The position numbers and the translations under genes were made by a program. A DNA stretch of 64,000 bases from an uncultured Clostridium sp. (GTDB lineage: Bacteria; Bacillota; Clostridia; TANB77; CAG-508): the NCBI GenBank assembly GCA_964369695.1, contig CAYJGL010000001.1:123450-187449 (forward strand), given 5' to 3'. The stretch's first letter is position 1. Each line of letters begins with the position of its first letter. Below are positions 17,313 to 26,916 of the stretch, in pieces. The notes beneath the pieces are model-generated. The model was given only the letters and a program-made list of their open reading frames with translations, made no database searches and was not told the DNA's origin.

Positions 17313-20300
17313 CTTTAGGTTCCTCGGTTATATCTATAATTTTTGGATTAGATACGTCGAAATCCATTCTAAGACTCAACATATGATTATTATTTGTATT
17401 AATTGTTTCATAATCATGATATAAACTACCATGACCTATCTTTTGAATTTGACTTGTTTCTTTTAATTCATTGAATTGCATAAGTTCTCCTGGAATAGTA
17501 TCTGAAACATATAATGAATTTAAAATACCATAAATAGTAAATTCAGAAAGGTGTATATTTCTACTAGTATGAATATTATCGTCTGTTATTTCTAATCGTA
17601 CTCTATTATATATATTCTCACTTTCTACATTTATCATTCTAACAAAACGATAATTATTAACATCACTATTATAATAATTAGAATCAGATATATGACTTAT
17701 TAATTCCCAATTAACTCCATTATCTGGAGAAGCAAATATTTTCCATTTTTGTATATTTGGAGAACATAAAAAATATTTATATATTCTCATACGAATATTC
17801 ATTTGATAATCGACGAATACCTTATAATTCTCCATAGTTGTAGTATTGCCTATTACCCAACCTTGAGAAGAATTATATTCTGCTTCTGATAAAAATAACC
17901 ATTCATTATTATTATGTGTTGGAAATATCTCATATTCATATCCAGATGGTGCTTCAGCAGATATCCAATTAGGTAATATTTTATTATCATTTTCATCATA
18001 AAAAGTAACTCTTTTCATAGAAATCATACTGATATCATATATCCATATTTCATCAAATTCAAGATTATCTGGATTATTAAATTCATAATATCGTACTTCT
18101 AAATCAATCCAAGGAGTATATTCTATATTATCATTACTCATAAAATCATTAAATGGTACTTCAGTATAAAGACGATAAAATTTATCAGTTCCTTTTATTT
18201 TGCCTTTTACTGAAAAACCTTTAATTCCTTCTGACCACGCATTAACTCCCCTTGATTGAAAACTCATTCTTTTAAATATAGCCGATTTTGGCATTTTGAT
18301 CCACATATAACACAATTCATTATATGTTAAAGTTCCATTTAAATTAATATTTCCTGGAGTTGCAAAACTATTATTTCTAAATGATTTAATTCCTATACTA
18401 TTATAATTTGTAATAGAAGATAATTTGATATACGAGCTGTTCTTAAAAAATTTAAAACCTAAATCTATATTAAATTCTTTACGAATATTAGTATGAGTAT
18501 TAATAGTTGAACTATTACCAAGTTCTTGATATGTATAATATGGAGTTATATCCTCATTATAACATTCTTCTACATTAATTTCTATATATCCTAATGAACT
18601 TCCACTTCCATGTTCATATGGATTATATCTTCTAAATCTAAACCTATTATATTCTTTTTTTATATTTTTAAATATAAATGTCTTTGATGAATGAAGAGGT
18701 ATAACAACATCAGAATTGACATCATAAATAAGATCCCAATTAATACCATGATCATCTGAAGCAAATACTCTCCATTTGTTAAACATAACAATATAACTAT
18801 TAGTATTAGTAACAGTGAATGAATGAGGTTTAAAAGGCTTATTAAACATTATATCTAAAAAAGGAGATTTATGGATACTTCCAATAATATTACTAGCATC
18901 CCAACCATTTGAAGAATAACGTGACTCTTTATTTAAACAATACCAAGCATTATCATAAGAATTTGGGTAAAATTCTGCAGAAAATCCTTTTGGTGGTATT
19001 ATACTTGACCAAGAAGGTAAAAATGAGATATCATTCTCATCATATAATTCTATTTTATTAATGGCATAAAGGGACATATCATATAATTGTAATTCTTCAA
19101 ATTCTAAATTATCTGGATTATTTAATTCAAAATATTTAATTTCATTAGAAGAAATCCAATCAATATCATATGATAATTTTGCACTTCGATGTTCTGCCCT
19201 AAACACATCATCCGTAGTATAAGGATCTGTATAATAATTATCAGGATATGAACTGTACAATAATATCCATTTTCCATTTTTTATTTTTCCTTTAACGGAA
19301 AATCGTCTAAGTTGATAACTTAGATGGCTTAATTGTATACTTATTTTTTTAACTATTTTTGGAGTTTGCATAATTATATTACAATATGCAAGTTCAGTCC
19401 ATGCAACATAATTATCTCCATTACTCATATGATCAAAATGACTAGTATGATGATGTGTATTTAATAAAGAAAAATTTCCTATTCCATTAAACTCACCATC
19501 ACGATAAATAGGAAATCGCATTCTTTGCATAAAAAATTCTTTTTTTAGTTCATCATAATAATATATTAATGGAGTATAATTCATGTTTTGTATATAATTA
19601 GTTATTTTCTTATTTTCAAATGGTACTATAACATCATCATAAAAATCTAAATCTGTAAAGTGATCACCCTCACCTCCTTCAGAACTACAATATCTTCTTA
19701 ATCGAAATCTATTATATCTTACAGTCGAATATTTTAATTTATAATAATTAAATCCAGAATTAAATGGAACATATTTCTGATCAGTAGACACATCATCTAA
19801 TAATTCCCAATTAATACCATTATCTTCAGAAGCCCATAGTCTCCATTTATTAAATGTATTTACATCTGGATGTAATATAACACTATATGATTTTGGTGAT
19901 ATTTTAGAATCAATATATAATTCTAAAAAAGGTGAATGTCCTTCATATCGATCAATTAACCAACAATATTGTCGATTTCTACTACCATTTGATTTATCAG
20001 TTTTACTCAATATGTTCCAATAATTTAAAGTATCATCATCATGGATATAATCTGGATAAGCATTTACAGAATAACCTTCTGGAGGAATGATACTATCCCA
20101 AACTGGTAAAATATCATTATCATTTTCATCATAAAAAAATATATTTTTTATATATTCCTTTGCTGATATATTGTATACACATATTTCTTCAAATTCTAAA
20201 TTAAGATCATTCATCAGATCACATTCATAATGTCCGTCATCAGCATATGTTGATGTTGTTATATCTCCTAAAAATACATATTTATCAGAATCTTTTTCTC

Positions 20301-20841
20301 TTCCTTTTATACTAAATTCATATAATCCAAAAGTACTTCCTATAGTCGGAGTATACATTCTAAATTTTTTAAATATTCTAGGAGTAGGTAATTTTATAGA
20401 AATATACATTAATTCCCTAATAGCATATGATGTACTTCCGATACGAAGAGCACTTGGACTTTTATCAAAAAAGATATTTGGAACATATTTATTACTAGTT
20501 AAAAGAGTACTAGTAGCATATGCAATTTGTCCATTTATATCTAACATATTTTGTTGAGTCATCTGTTCTATTAAACTTGTTTTTTTATAATTTCGAAAAT
20601 ATAAATATAATTCACCATCAGAATTTGCAGCAATATCATTAACGGCAATGGCTCGACAAGGCATTTTATTAGGATCAGATGATAAAGCCTTCATATACTT
20701 TTTCAGATTATCATCATAATATAATAAATCCCCTTTTTTAACGTCTTCTCCAACAAATGCTAATATAATATTTTCTTTTAAAGGATTAGTATATGGTCCA
20801 GGATAATATAATGAGTTTATTGGTAAATTTTGAAATCTCAT
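17299..20841 (-). CDS. Giant tail fibre / receptor-binding protein with three double discoidin (F5/8 type C, CBM32-like) units
   Basis: 1180 aa. Motif FNKWRLWASEDNGINWELL / FNKWRVFASDDHGINWDLI / IQKWKIFASPDNGVNWELI recurs, each followed by (E)YNR(F/V)R(F/L)RRY. N-terminal domain is shared with 21257-25888 and 25891-26340. Confidence 0.55.
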   Translation of the reverse strand: MRFQNLPINSLYYPGPYTNPLKENIILAFVGEDVKKGDLLYYDDNLKKYMKALSSDPNKMPCRAIAVNDIAANSDGELYLYFRNYKKTSLIEQMTQQNMLDINGQIAYATSTLLTSNKYVPNIFFDKSPSALRIGSTSYAIRELMYISIKLPTPRIFKKFRMYTPTIGSTFGLYEFSIKGREKDSDKYVFLGDITTSTYADDGHYECDLMNDLNLEFEEICVYNISAKEYIKNIFFYDENDNDILPVWDSIIPPEGYSVNAYPDYIHDDDTLNYWNILSKTDKSNGSRNRQYCWLIDRYEGHSPFLELYIDSKISPKSYSVILHPDVNTFNKWRLWASEDNGINWELLDDVSTDQKYVPFNSGFNYYKLKYSTVRYNRFRLRRYCSSEGGEGDHFTDLDFYDDVIVPFENKKITNYIQNMNYTPLIYYYDELKKEFFMQRMRFPIYRDGEFNGIGNFSLLNTHHHTSHFDHMSNGDNYVAWTELAYCNIIMQTPKIVKKISIQLSHLSYQLRRFSVKGKIKNGKWILLYSSYPDNYYTDPYTTDDVFRAEHRSAKLSYDIDWISSNEIKYFELNNPDNLEFEELQLYDMSLYAINKIELYDENDISFLPSWSSIIPPKGFSAEFYPNSYDNAWYCLNKESRYSSNGWDASNIIGSIHKSPFLDIMFNKPFKPHSFTVTNTNSYIVMFNKWRVFASDDHGINWDLIYDVNSDVVIPLHSSKTFIFKNIKKEYNRFRFRRYNPYEHGSGSSLGYIEINVEECYNEDITPYYTYQELGNSSTINTHTNIRKEFNIDLGFKFFKNSSYIKLSSITNYNSIGIKSFRNNSFATPGNINLNGTLTYNELCYMWIKMPKSAIFKRMSFQSRGVNAWSEGIKGFSVKGKIKGTDKFYRLYTEVPFNDFMSNDNIEYTPWIDLEVRYYEFNNPDNLEFDEIWIYDISMISMKRVTFYDENDNKILPNWISAEAPSGYEYEIFPTHNNNEWLFLSEAEYNSSQGWVIGNTTTMENYKVFVDYQMNIRMRIYKYFLCSPNIQKWKIFASPDNGVNWELISHISDSNYYNSDVNNYRFVRMINVESENIYNRVRLEITDDNIHTSRNIHLSEFTIYGILNSLYVSDTIPGELMQFNELKETSQIQKIGHGSLYHDYETINTNNNHMLSLRMDFDVSNPKIIDITEEPKDDCE

Positions 20842-20853
20842 AAATCCTCTCTA

Positions 20854-21240
20854 TTATTCAACAAAATAACTTCCATTAGTTAAACCAAACCAACTTTTAC
20901 CAGCATCCATACTAACAAATGTCATAAATGTTGGTTGATCTTTTGTTGTACTTATTAATGGTTTTACTCCCATAGCCCATCTAATTTTATCATTATATTC
21001 TAATTTATGTTCTCCAATTTCATCTTGTAAAACGATTAAAGTTATATTTATCCAAGAATTTTCAGGAACAGTATATTTGTTTTTATCATAAAATAATGTA
21101 ATAAACGTATCCCCAGATAAAATTATTTTATGAACAGTTGATTTAGAAATATCTAATATAATTTCTCCAATAGTATTTTCTTGTATTTCTATATATTCAT
21201 GAAATGCTATTTGATTTTGCAAAGTTCTAGTAACAGACAT
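20854..21240 (-). CDS. Hypothetical protein between fibre genes (128 aa)
   Basis: ORF with SD. The position suggests a fibre accessory or chaperone protein, but there is no motif. Confidence 0.65.
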   Translation of the reverse strand: MSVTRTLQNQIAFHEYIEIQENTIGEIILDISKSTVHKIILSGDTFITLFYDKNKYTVPENSWINITLIVLQDEIGEHKLEYNDKIRWAMGVKPLISTTKDQPTFMTFVSMDAGKSWFGLTNGSYFVE

Positions 21241-21256
21241 GTTTGATTATCCTCTT

Positions 21257-24200
21257 TTATTTTATTTGTTTAGTATATATTTTCCATTCACCAATCGAAT
21301 GACCAGTTCCTCCTTCAGTTATAGAAGAATATCTACAAAGTCTATATCTATTATATTCATTGGTTATATTTTCTAAAGTAAATTCTTTAAGTACTAAATT
21401 TCCCCAAGTTTGAGGATCTGAAACATCATGAATTAAGTCCCAATTAACTCCATTATCTGGAGATGCATATAATCTCCACTTATTAAAACAAGGATGATTA
21501 TAATTGATTTGTTGAATAGAATATGAATATGGTTTAAACCGTATACTAAATTGAATATCTATGAATGGAGTATCCTTAATATTTGTCGGAGTATCCATAT
21601 GCCAACAATATGTATTTGATGTTGCTGTGTCAAATTTCTGTAAACTCCGATAAACCATATGTTGAGGATGTCCATGTTCAGCATTATATTCATACGTATA
21701 ACCATTTGGAGGAGTTTGTCCAGTCCAGGCAGGTAATATATCTTCTCCATTTTTATCATAAAAGAATATACTACCAAGAGTCTGACCTTCAATATCATAT
21801 ATCCAAATTTCATCATATTCAAAATCATAATCAAAATCTAATATCATTGAATGAGTTGCATCCCATTCTAATGAAGGTGCTATATTTAAAATTCCATCAG
21901 ATCCATCTCTTGTATAAGAATCATATAACAATACATATGTGTTTGTATTTGCAATTCTAGCTTTTAACTTATATTGATTGATAGTTTGTGCCAAATAACT
22001 CCCTCTTCTACAAATTTTAGCACTTTTAATAGATCTTGGGGATGGTATTGTTATTTTAAGAAATACAGTTTCTGAATTAAGACAGTTTCCTTGTTCATAC
22101 CAATCTTGATGATATGAACTAACATCTTTATTAAATGCTTTAAATGGATAATAATCAGTATTATACATGCTTGAAGCAGTTGCTCGTTGATAAATTTTCT
22201 GATCATTCCATTTTCCAGGAAGAGTATATGATAAAGTTTTATTAGTCATTTGACCTATAATATCATAAGCTTCATCCTGATATTCTGGTAATGGAACACC
22301 TTTAAATTCTAAAAATTTAGATTTTGATTGTTTTGTAAATATATTCCATTGACCAATAGCATGCCCTTCTCCACCTTCTAATGATGAATATCTTCTTAAT
22401 CTATACCTATTATATATATTTGTTATATTTTCTAATACAAAATTTTTAACTTCTAAATAATTCCAAGTTTGATGGTCAGAAACATCATGTATTAAGTCCC
22501 AATTAACTCCATTATCTGGAGATGCATATAATCTCCACTTATTAAAATTAGGATAATTTAAATCAGACTGTTGTAACGTATAAGAATACGGTTTAAATAA
22601 AGCATTAAAAATAATATCAATAAAAGGACTATATTCTGGCATTTTATCTTCTGAGTATGTTTTTGATCTTGTTGGTAATTGCCAAGATCTATTCGTTATA
22701 TGACCATCAGACAATATTCTCCAAGGTTTGAAATTAATATGATTTTGATAAGGATAACCTTCACATTCATATCCTTCTTCTAATTCCTCAGTAGTAAATC
22801 TTGGAAATATAGCCTTTCCATTATTATCATAAATATATATTCTGCTGATTAAACTGGTAGATATATCATATATATATATTTCATCAAATAATAAATCAGT
22901 AGGATTATACAATTCAAACTCTAAAGAGTCTTGGTTCCAAACTAAGTTTGAAGTTGTATTATTAAGTCCTTGATTTTCATAATTATTATATGTATCATAT
23001 AATAATATAAATTTAGAATATCCTAATGGTTTAGCTTTTACTCTAAATTGTCTTGGACTTCTATTATAATATGTTGATATTGTTGTTATCTTTAATTTTT
23101 TCAATATTTTAGGAATTGGTATTTTTAATCTAAAATAAGTGCAAGAATTATAAGTACCTAAACCATTTGCAGACCATAATGTATTATCATTATTATCAAA
23201 TGATTTAAATGGGGCAAAATCAATAAGATTAGCACCATCAATACTAGATGCTATAGTCTTTTGTTGAATAGGTAAATTTTCAAAATGACCATCAATAGTA
23301 TGTTCTAAAATATTAGAAAACATCATACCAATCATATTATAAATCTCTATAATAACTTCTGTACTTGGTGCTTTTGGATTAATATTTATTTGTTTAGTAA
23401 AAATCTTCCATTCACCAATAGAGAGATTAGAACCTCCTTCAGAAGTTGCATATCTTCTAAGTCTATATCTATTATACTCATTTGTTATATTTTCTAATAC
23501 AAATGTTTTTTCTACTAAATTTCCCCAAGTTTGAGGTTCTGAAACATCATGAATTAAGTCCCAATTAACTCCATTATCTGGAGATGCATATAATCTCCAC
23601 TTATTAAAACAAGGATGATTATAATTGATTTGTTGAATAGAATATGAATATGGTTTAAATCTTATATTAAATAAAATTTCTAGAAATGGTTCTACTTGAG
23701 AATTATGTGCATACCAACCACTATAAGATCCTGCGTTTGTAATTTTATTTAGAACGTTCCAAGTTTGCCAACCACTAGAACTGTACCATGGAAATATTTC
23801 ATATTCGTATCCAGATGGAGCAGATGAACTTGTCCATATAGGCAATATATCTTCATTATTTTCATCATAAAACCAAACACCAGTCATATGAGTAAATGAG
23901 ATGTCATAAAACCATATTTCATTAAATGATAAATCATATTCATTATCTAAATCAAATATTTTAAATGCTTCAGAATTTTCCCAAATTATACTAGGAGATA
24001 TTTCCAAAATACCATCCGAACCATCTGAAGTATATGAATCATACAATAGCACGAATTTATCTAAATCTGGACTAAATCCTTTAACTCTAAACTGAAGTAT
24101 TCCATCTTCAGAATAATTTGCTAATTGCTGTATTTTTATTTTTTTAAATATTTTTGGATTAGGCAATTTAACCCACATATATGCCGTTTCTTGAAAATGA

Positions 24201-25888
24201 CTTCCATTTCCAACATACCAATTTTGATAATAACTACTGACATCTTTATTAAATGCCTTAAACGATGCATAATTTGAATTATAAATACCAGAAGATAATG
24301 CTCTTTGGTGAATTTTTTCATTATTCCATTTCCCAGAAATATTATAAGAATGAGTATTTGAAGACATTTTTCCAATAATATCATAAGCATCTTCTATAAA
24401 TAATAAAACATCAACAGATATTGTAAAAGGATTGAAATTATAATAATATTTAATAAAATTAGAAATTAGACATTGTCCAATATATTGTATTATATGATCT
24501 TTTTCTCTTGGTTCTTTATACATAACTTTACCAGATTCTATATTAGAAACATATATATTAGAAGAAACGGCATTACTATTTGTTTGTTTAGTATATATTT
24601 TCCATTCACCAATCGAATGACCAGTTCCTCCTTCAGTTATAGAAGAATATCTACAAAGTCTATATCTATTATATTCATTGGTTATATTTTCTAAAGTAAA
24701 TTCTTTAAGTACTAAATTTCCCCAAGTTTGAGGATCTGAAACATCATGTATTAAGTCCCAATTAACTCCATTATCTGGAGATGCATATAGTCTCCACTTA
24801 TTAAAACAAGGATGATTATGATTAACTTGTTGAATTGAATAAGAATGTGGTTTAAACATTATACTAAATTGAATATCTAGGAATGGAGTATTCTTAATAT
24901 TTGTTGGAGTATCCATATGCCAACAATATGTATTTGATGTTGCTGTGTCAAATTTCTGTAAACTCCGATAAACCATATGTTGAGGATGTCCATGTTCAGC
25001 ATTATATTCATACGTATAACCATTTGGAGGAGTTTGTCCAGTCCAGGCAGGTAATATATCTTCTCCATTTTTATCATAAAAGAATATACTACCAAGAGTC
25101 TGACCTTCAATATCATATATCCAAATTTCATCATATTCAAAATCATAATCAAAATCTAATATCATTGAATGAGTTGCATCCCATTCTAATGAAGGTGCTA
25201 TATTTAAAATTCCATCAGATCCATCTCTTGTATAAGAATCATATAACAATACATATGTGTTTGTATTTGCAATTCTAGCTTTTAACTTATATTGATTGAT
25301 AGTTTGTGCCAAATAACTCCCTCTTCTACAAATTTTAGCACTTTTAATAGATCTTGGGGATGGTATTGTTATTTTAAGAAATACAGTTTCTGAATTAAGA
25401 CAGTTTCCTTGTTCATACCAATCTTGATGATATGAACTGACATCTTTATTAAATGCTTTAAATGGATAATAATTAGTACTATACATACTTGAAGCAGTTG
25501 CTCGTTGATAAATTTTCCGATCATCCCATTTTCCAGAAATAGTATGTTCTAAAGTTTTATTAGTCATTTGACCTATAATATCATACTCTTCTTCTGATTC
25601 TGGAGGTGTTCCCTCTTCAGTAGTAACAATATATCCAAATAATAGCAAGTCACAACGACTATTTGAAGATTTATTTTCTAAAGAAACAGCTCGTGCTGGC
25701 ATTTTTTCTGGATCAGATGATAATGCTTTCATCCATCGATTCAAAGGTATATCAAAATATAATATATCTCCTATAATAACAGATTCTCCAACTACACCAT
25801 GTGTATATAATCCTGAAGTATCATTTTCTGCTGTTATATTAAAATAATTATTGGACCCTTTTGTTAAAATATCAGAAATAAATTTCAT
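21257..25888 (-). CDS. Giant tail fibre / receptor-binding protein with four double discoidin-like units
   Basis: About 1543 aa. FNKWRLYASPDNGVNWDLIHDVS occurs four times, each followed by NEYNRYRL(R/C)RY...GG.G..IGEWKI(Y/F)TKQ. First and fourth units are nearly identical. Track start 25894 is TTG; ATG at 25888 follows GAGGA. Confidence 0.55.
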   Translation of the reverse strand: MKFISDILTKGSNNYFNITAENDTSGLYTHGVVGESVIIGDILYFDIPLNRWMKALSSDPEKMPARAVSLENKSSNSRCDLLLFGYIVTTEEGTPPESEEEYDIIGQMTNKTLEHTISGKWDDRKIYQRATASSMYSTNYYPFKAFNKDVSSYHQDWYEQGNCLNSETVFLKITIPSPRSIKSAKICRRGSYLAQTINQYKLKARIANTNTYVLLYDSYTRDGSDGILNIAPSLEWDATHSMILDFDYDFEYDEIWIYDIEGQTLGSIFFYDKNGEDILPAWTGQTPPNGYTYEYNAEHGHPQHMVYRSLQKFDTATSNTYCWHMDTPTNIKNTPFLDIQFSIMFKPHSYSIQQVNHNHPCFNKWRLYASPDNGVNWDLIHDVSDPQTWGNLVLKEFTLENITNEYNRYRLCRYSSITEGGTGHSIGEWKIYTKQTNSNAVSSNIYVSNIESGKVMYKEPREKDHIIQYIGQCLISNFIKYYYNFNPFTISVDVLLFIEDAYDIIGKMSSNTHSYNISGKWNNEKIHQRALSSGIYNSNYASFKAFNKDVSSYYQNWYVGNGSHFQETAYMWVKLPNPKIFKKIKIQQLANYSEDGILQFRVKGFSPDLDKFVLLYDSYTSDGSDGILEISPSIIWENSEAFKIFDLDNEYDLSFNEIWFYDISFTHMTGVWFYDENNEDILPIWTSSSAPSGYEYEIFPWYSSSGWQTWNVLNKITNAGSYSGWYAHNSQVEPFLEILFNIRFKPYSYSIQQINYNHPCFNKWRLYASPDNGVNWDLIHDVSEPQTWGNLVEKTFVLENITNEYNRYRLRRYATSEGGSNLSIGEWKIFTKQININPKAPSTEVIIEIYNMIGMMFSNILEHTIDGHFENLPIQQKTIASSIDGANLIDFAPFKSFDNNDNTLWSANGLGTYNSCTYFRLKIPIPKILKKLKITTISTYYNRSPRQFRVKAKPLGYSKFILLYDTYNNYENQGLNNTTSNLVWNQDSLEFELYNPTDLLFDEIYIYDISTSLISRIYIYDNNGKAIFPRFTTEELEEGYECEGYPYQNHINFKPWRILSDGHITNRSWQLPTRSKTYSEDKMPEYSPFIDIIFNALFKPYSYTLQQSDLNYPNFNKWRLYASPDNGVNWDLIHDVSDHQTWNYLEVKNFVLENITNIYNRYRLRRYSSLEGGEGHAIGQWNIFTKQSKSKFLEFKGVPLPEYQDEAYDIIGQMTNKTLSYTLPGKWNDQKIYQRATASSMYNTDYYPFKAFNKDVSSYHQDWYEQGNCLNSETVFLKITIPSPRSIKSAKICRRGSYLAQTINQYKLKARIANTNTYVLLYDSYTRDGSDGILNIAPSLEWDATHSMILDFDYDFEYDEIWIYDIEGQTLGSIFFYDKNGEDILPAWTGQTPPNGYTYEYNAEHGHPQHMVYRSLQKFDTATSNTYCWHMDTPTNIKDTPFIDIQFSIRFKPYSYSIQQINYNHPCFNKWRLYASPDNGVNWDLIHDVSDPQTWGNLVLKEFTLENITNEYNRYRLCRYSSITEGGTGHSIGEWKIYTKQIK
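21268..22275. repeat. About 1-kb intragenic direct repeat, copy 1 (fourth fibre unit)
   Basis: Near-identical to 24586-25593 at a constant offset of 3318 nt. The track shadow ORFs at 21559/24877 and 21583/24901 are almost identical. Confidence 0.85.
24586..25593. repeat. About 1-kb intragenic direct repeat, copy 2 (first fibre unit)
   Basis: See copy 1 (21268-22275). Confidence 0.85.
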
Positions 25889-25890
25889 AA

Positions 25891-26340
25891 TCAATCCTCA
25901 ATCATCTGTAAAACAAGTGGACTAAAATCAAAATATCCAACATTAGTTCCTAATGCTGTTCCTATTACTTGTTTAAATGAATTAGTAACAGGAACAATAT
26001 CTGTAGCTAAACCCAATTCAGTATCAGAAACGTAAATATAATTAGATGTAAAATTCCAATTATCATTTCTTATTGTTCCATTTTGTAATAATTTAATTGT
26101 AGAATCTACTAAACCATTTTCACAGGATATTGCTTTACAAGGTAATGTTTCTTGAATATTTGATTTAGCTAATTTCCATTTATTTAATTTAAAATCAAAA
26201 TATAAACATTGTCCAAAATAAACATCTTCTCCTAATAAGCCATCAACTATAAATCCACTATATTCAAGATTATTTGGAGCAACATTTACTCTTATTTTTG
26301 AATTAGGACCTAATGATTGTAAACTTCCTATTACTTTCAT
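25891..26340 (-). CDS. Small fibre-module protein sharing the fibre N-terminal anchor domain
   Basis: 149 aa. GEDVYFGQCLYFDFKLNKWKLAKSN..LPCKAIS aligns with GESVIIGDILYFDIPLNRWMKALSS..MPARAVS and GEDVKKGDLLYYDDNLKKYMKALSS..MPCRAIA of the two giant genes. Confidence 0.7.
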   Translation of the reverse strand: MKVIGSLQSLGPNSKIRVNVAPNNLEYSGFIVDGLLGEDVYFGQCLYFDFKLNKWKLAKSNIQETLPCKAISCENGLVDSTIKLLQNGTIRNDNWNFTSNYIYVSDTELGLATDIVPVTNSFKQVIGTALGTNVGYFDFSPLVLQMIED

Positions 26341-26387
26341 AATTTATCCTATTATTTTTATTAATTTCTTAAGTTCTTTTTATAATC

Positions 26388-26400
26388 AATATATAGATAT
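26388..26400 (+). promoter_or_regulatory. Promoter-like motif AATATATAGATAT
   Basis: About 75 nt upstream of ATG 26476 of the GC-rich island, oriented with the plus-strand genes. Confidence 0.35.
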
Positions 26401-26475
26401 TGTTTATAAAGGTATTAAGGTGGGATATTCCTATCTGAAGCATTTTGTGATATCTTAATTCTTTTGGAGGAACAT

Positions 26476-26670
26476 ATGTTCGGAAAGAAGAAGACGGATA
26501 CCAAGGATTTACTTCTTGGTGTGGCCGGCGGAGTTGCCGGCACTTTATTGGCCGTATGTGCGGCTGTCTTTTGGCAGGATGTTATTCCTACTGAAAGACA
26601 ACAATCACGGCAATCACGGCGGGAACGCCGCCGTGCAAATGGTAATGGCAACAACAGCAATACCCCATAG
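26476..26670 (+). CDS. Small single-pass membrane protein, YtxH-like N-terminus (tentative), in GC-rich island
   Basis: GGAGG 5 nt before ATG (track start 26464 is TTG). MFGKKKTDTKDLLLGVAGGVAGTLLAVCAAVFW followed by an Arg-rich tail RQQSRQSRRERRRAN. About 50 percent G+C against an AT-rich background. Confidence 0.65.
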   Translation: MFGKKKTDTKDLLLGVAGGVAGTLLAVCAAVFWQDVIPTERQQSRQSRRERRRANGNGNNSNTP

Positions 26671-26707
26671 TTGCCAAGGGAACGTCAACATCCCTCAATT
26701 TGTTGAC

Positions 26708-26745
26708 AAGAGGGGGACGTAAAACTCTCCCTTCTTTTATTCATT
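26708..26745 (+). terminator. Terminator/attenuator-like hairpin between the two island ORFs
   Basis: AAGAGGGGG (26708-26716) pairs with CTCCCTTCTT-type arm (26728-26736), including two G-U pairs. Followed by TTTAT. Confidence 0.35.
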
Positions 26746-26758
26746 TTAGGAGTCAAAT

Positions 26759-26863
26759 ATGCAAATCTATATCATTTATGCCTTATTTGCAGCGGCTGGG
26801 TCGGCTGCAACTGCTGGAATATTCAAGATATTCCGGCCAAAAAAGAGATGCTTCTTCTTTTAA
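26759..26863 (+). CDS. 34-aa hydrophobic peptide (MQIYIIYALFAAAGSAATAGIFKIFRPKKRCFFF)
   Basis: Not in track (too short). TAGGAG 6 nt before ATG at 26759, TAA at 26861-26863, followed by a strong terminator. One TM-like helix plus a basic tail. Confidence 0.5.
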   Translation: MQIYIIYALFAAAGSAATAGIFKIFRPKKRCFFF

Positions 26864-26875
26864 AAATATCAGAAA

Positions 26876-26916
26876 AAAGAGGAGATTTAAAAAAAAACCT
26901 CCTCTTTATTTTTTAT
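26876..26916. terminator. Bidirectional rho-independent terminator at a convergent junction
   Basis: 9-bp stem AAAGAGGAG (26876-26884) / CTCCTCTTT (26899-26907). T-runs follow on both strands. Confidence 0.7.

Noticed and set aside
21559-21960. Track ORFs 21559-21834 (-), 21583-21960 (+) and their twins 24877-25152 and 24901-25278.
   Set aside because: These are shadow ORFs in other frames or strands of the giant fibre gene. They are low-complexity, have no SD, and are duplicated only because they lie in the 1-kb intragenic repeat.
17299-26340. Diversity-generating retroelement acting on the repeat-rich fibre genes.
   Set aside because: There is no reverse transcriptase and no template/variable repeat pair with adenine-specific mismatches. 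The repeats differ at all base types.
26400-26900. Possibility that the GC-rich patches (here and at 55780-55980) are tRNA or other canonical RNA genes, as is common in jumbo phages.
   Set aside because: No cloverleaf can be drawn: there is no enclosing 7-bp acceptor stem and no GTTCRANNC T-loop. The hairpins are sequential, not nested. Both patches have good SD-ATG ORFs.
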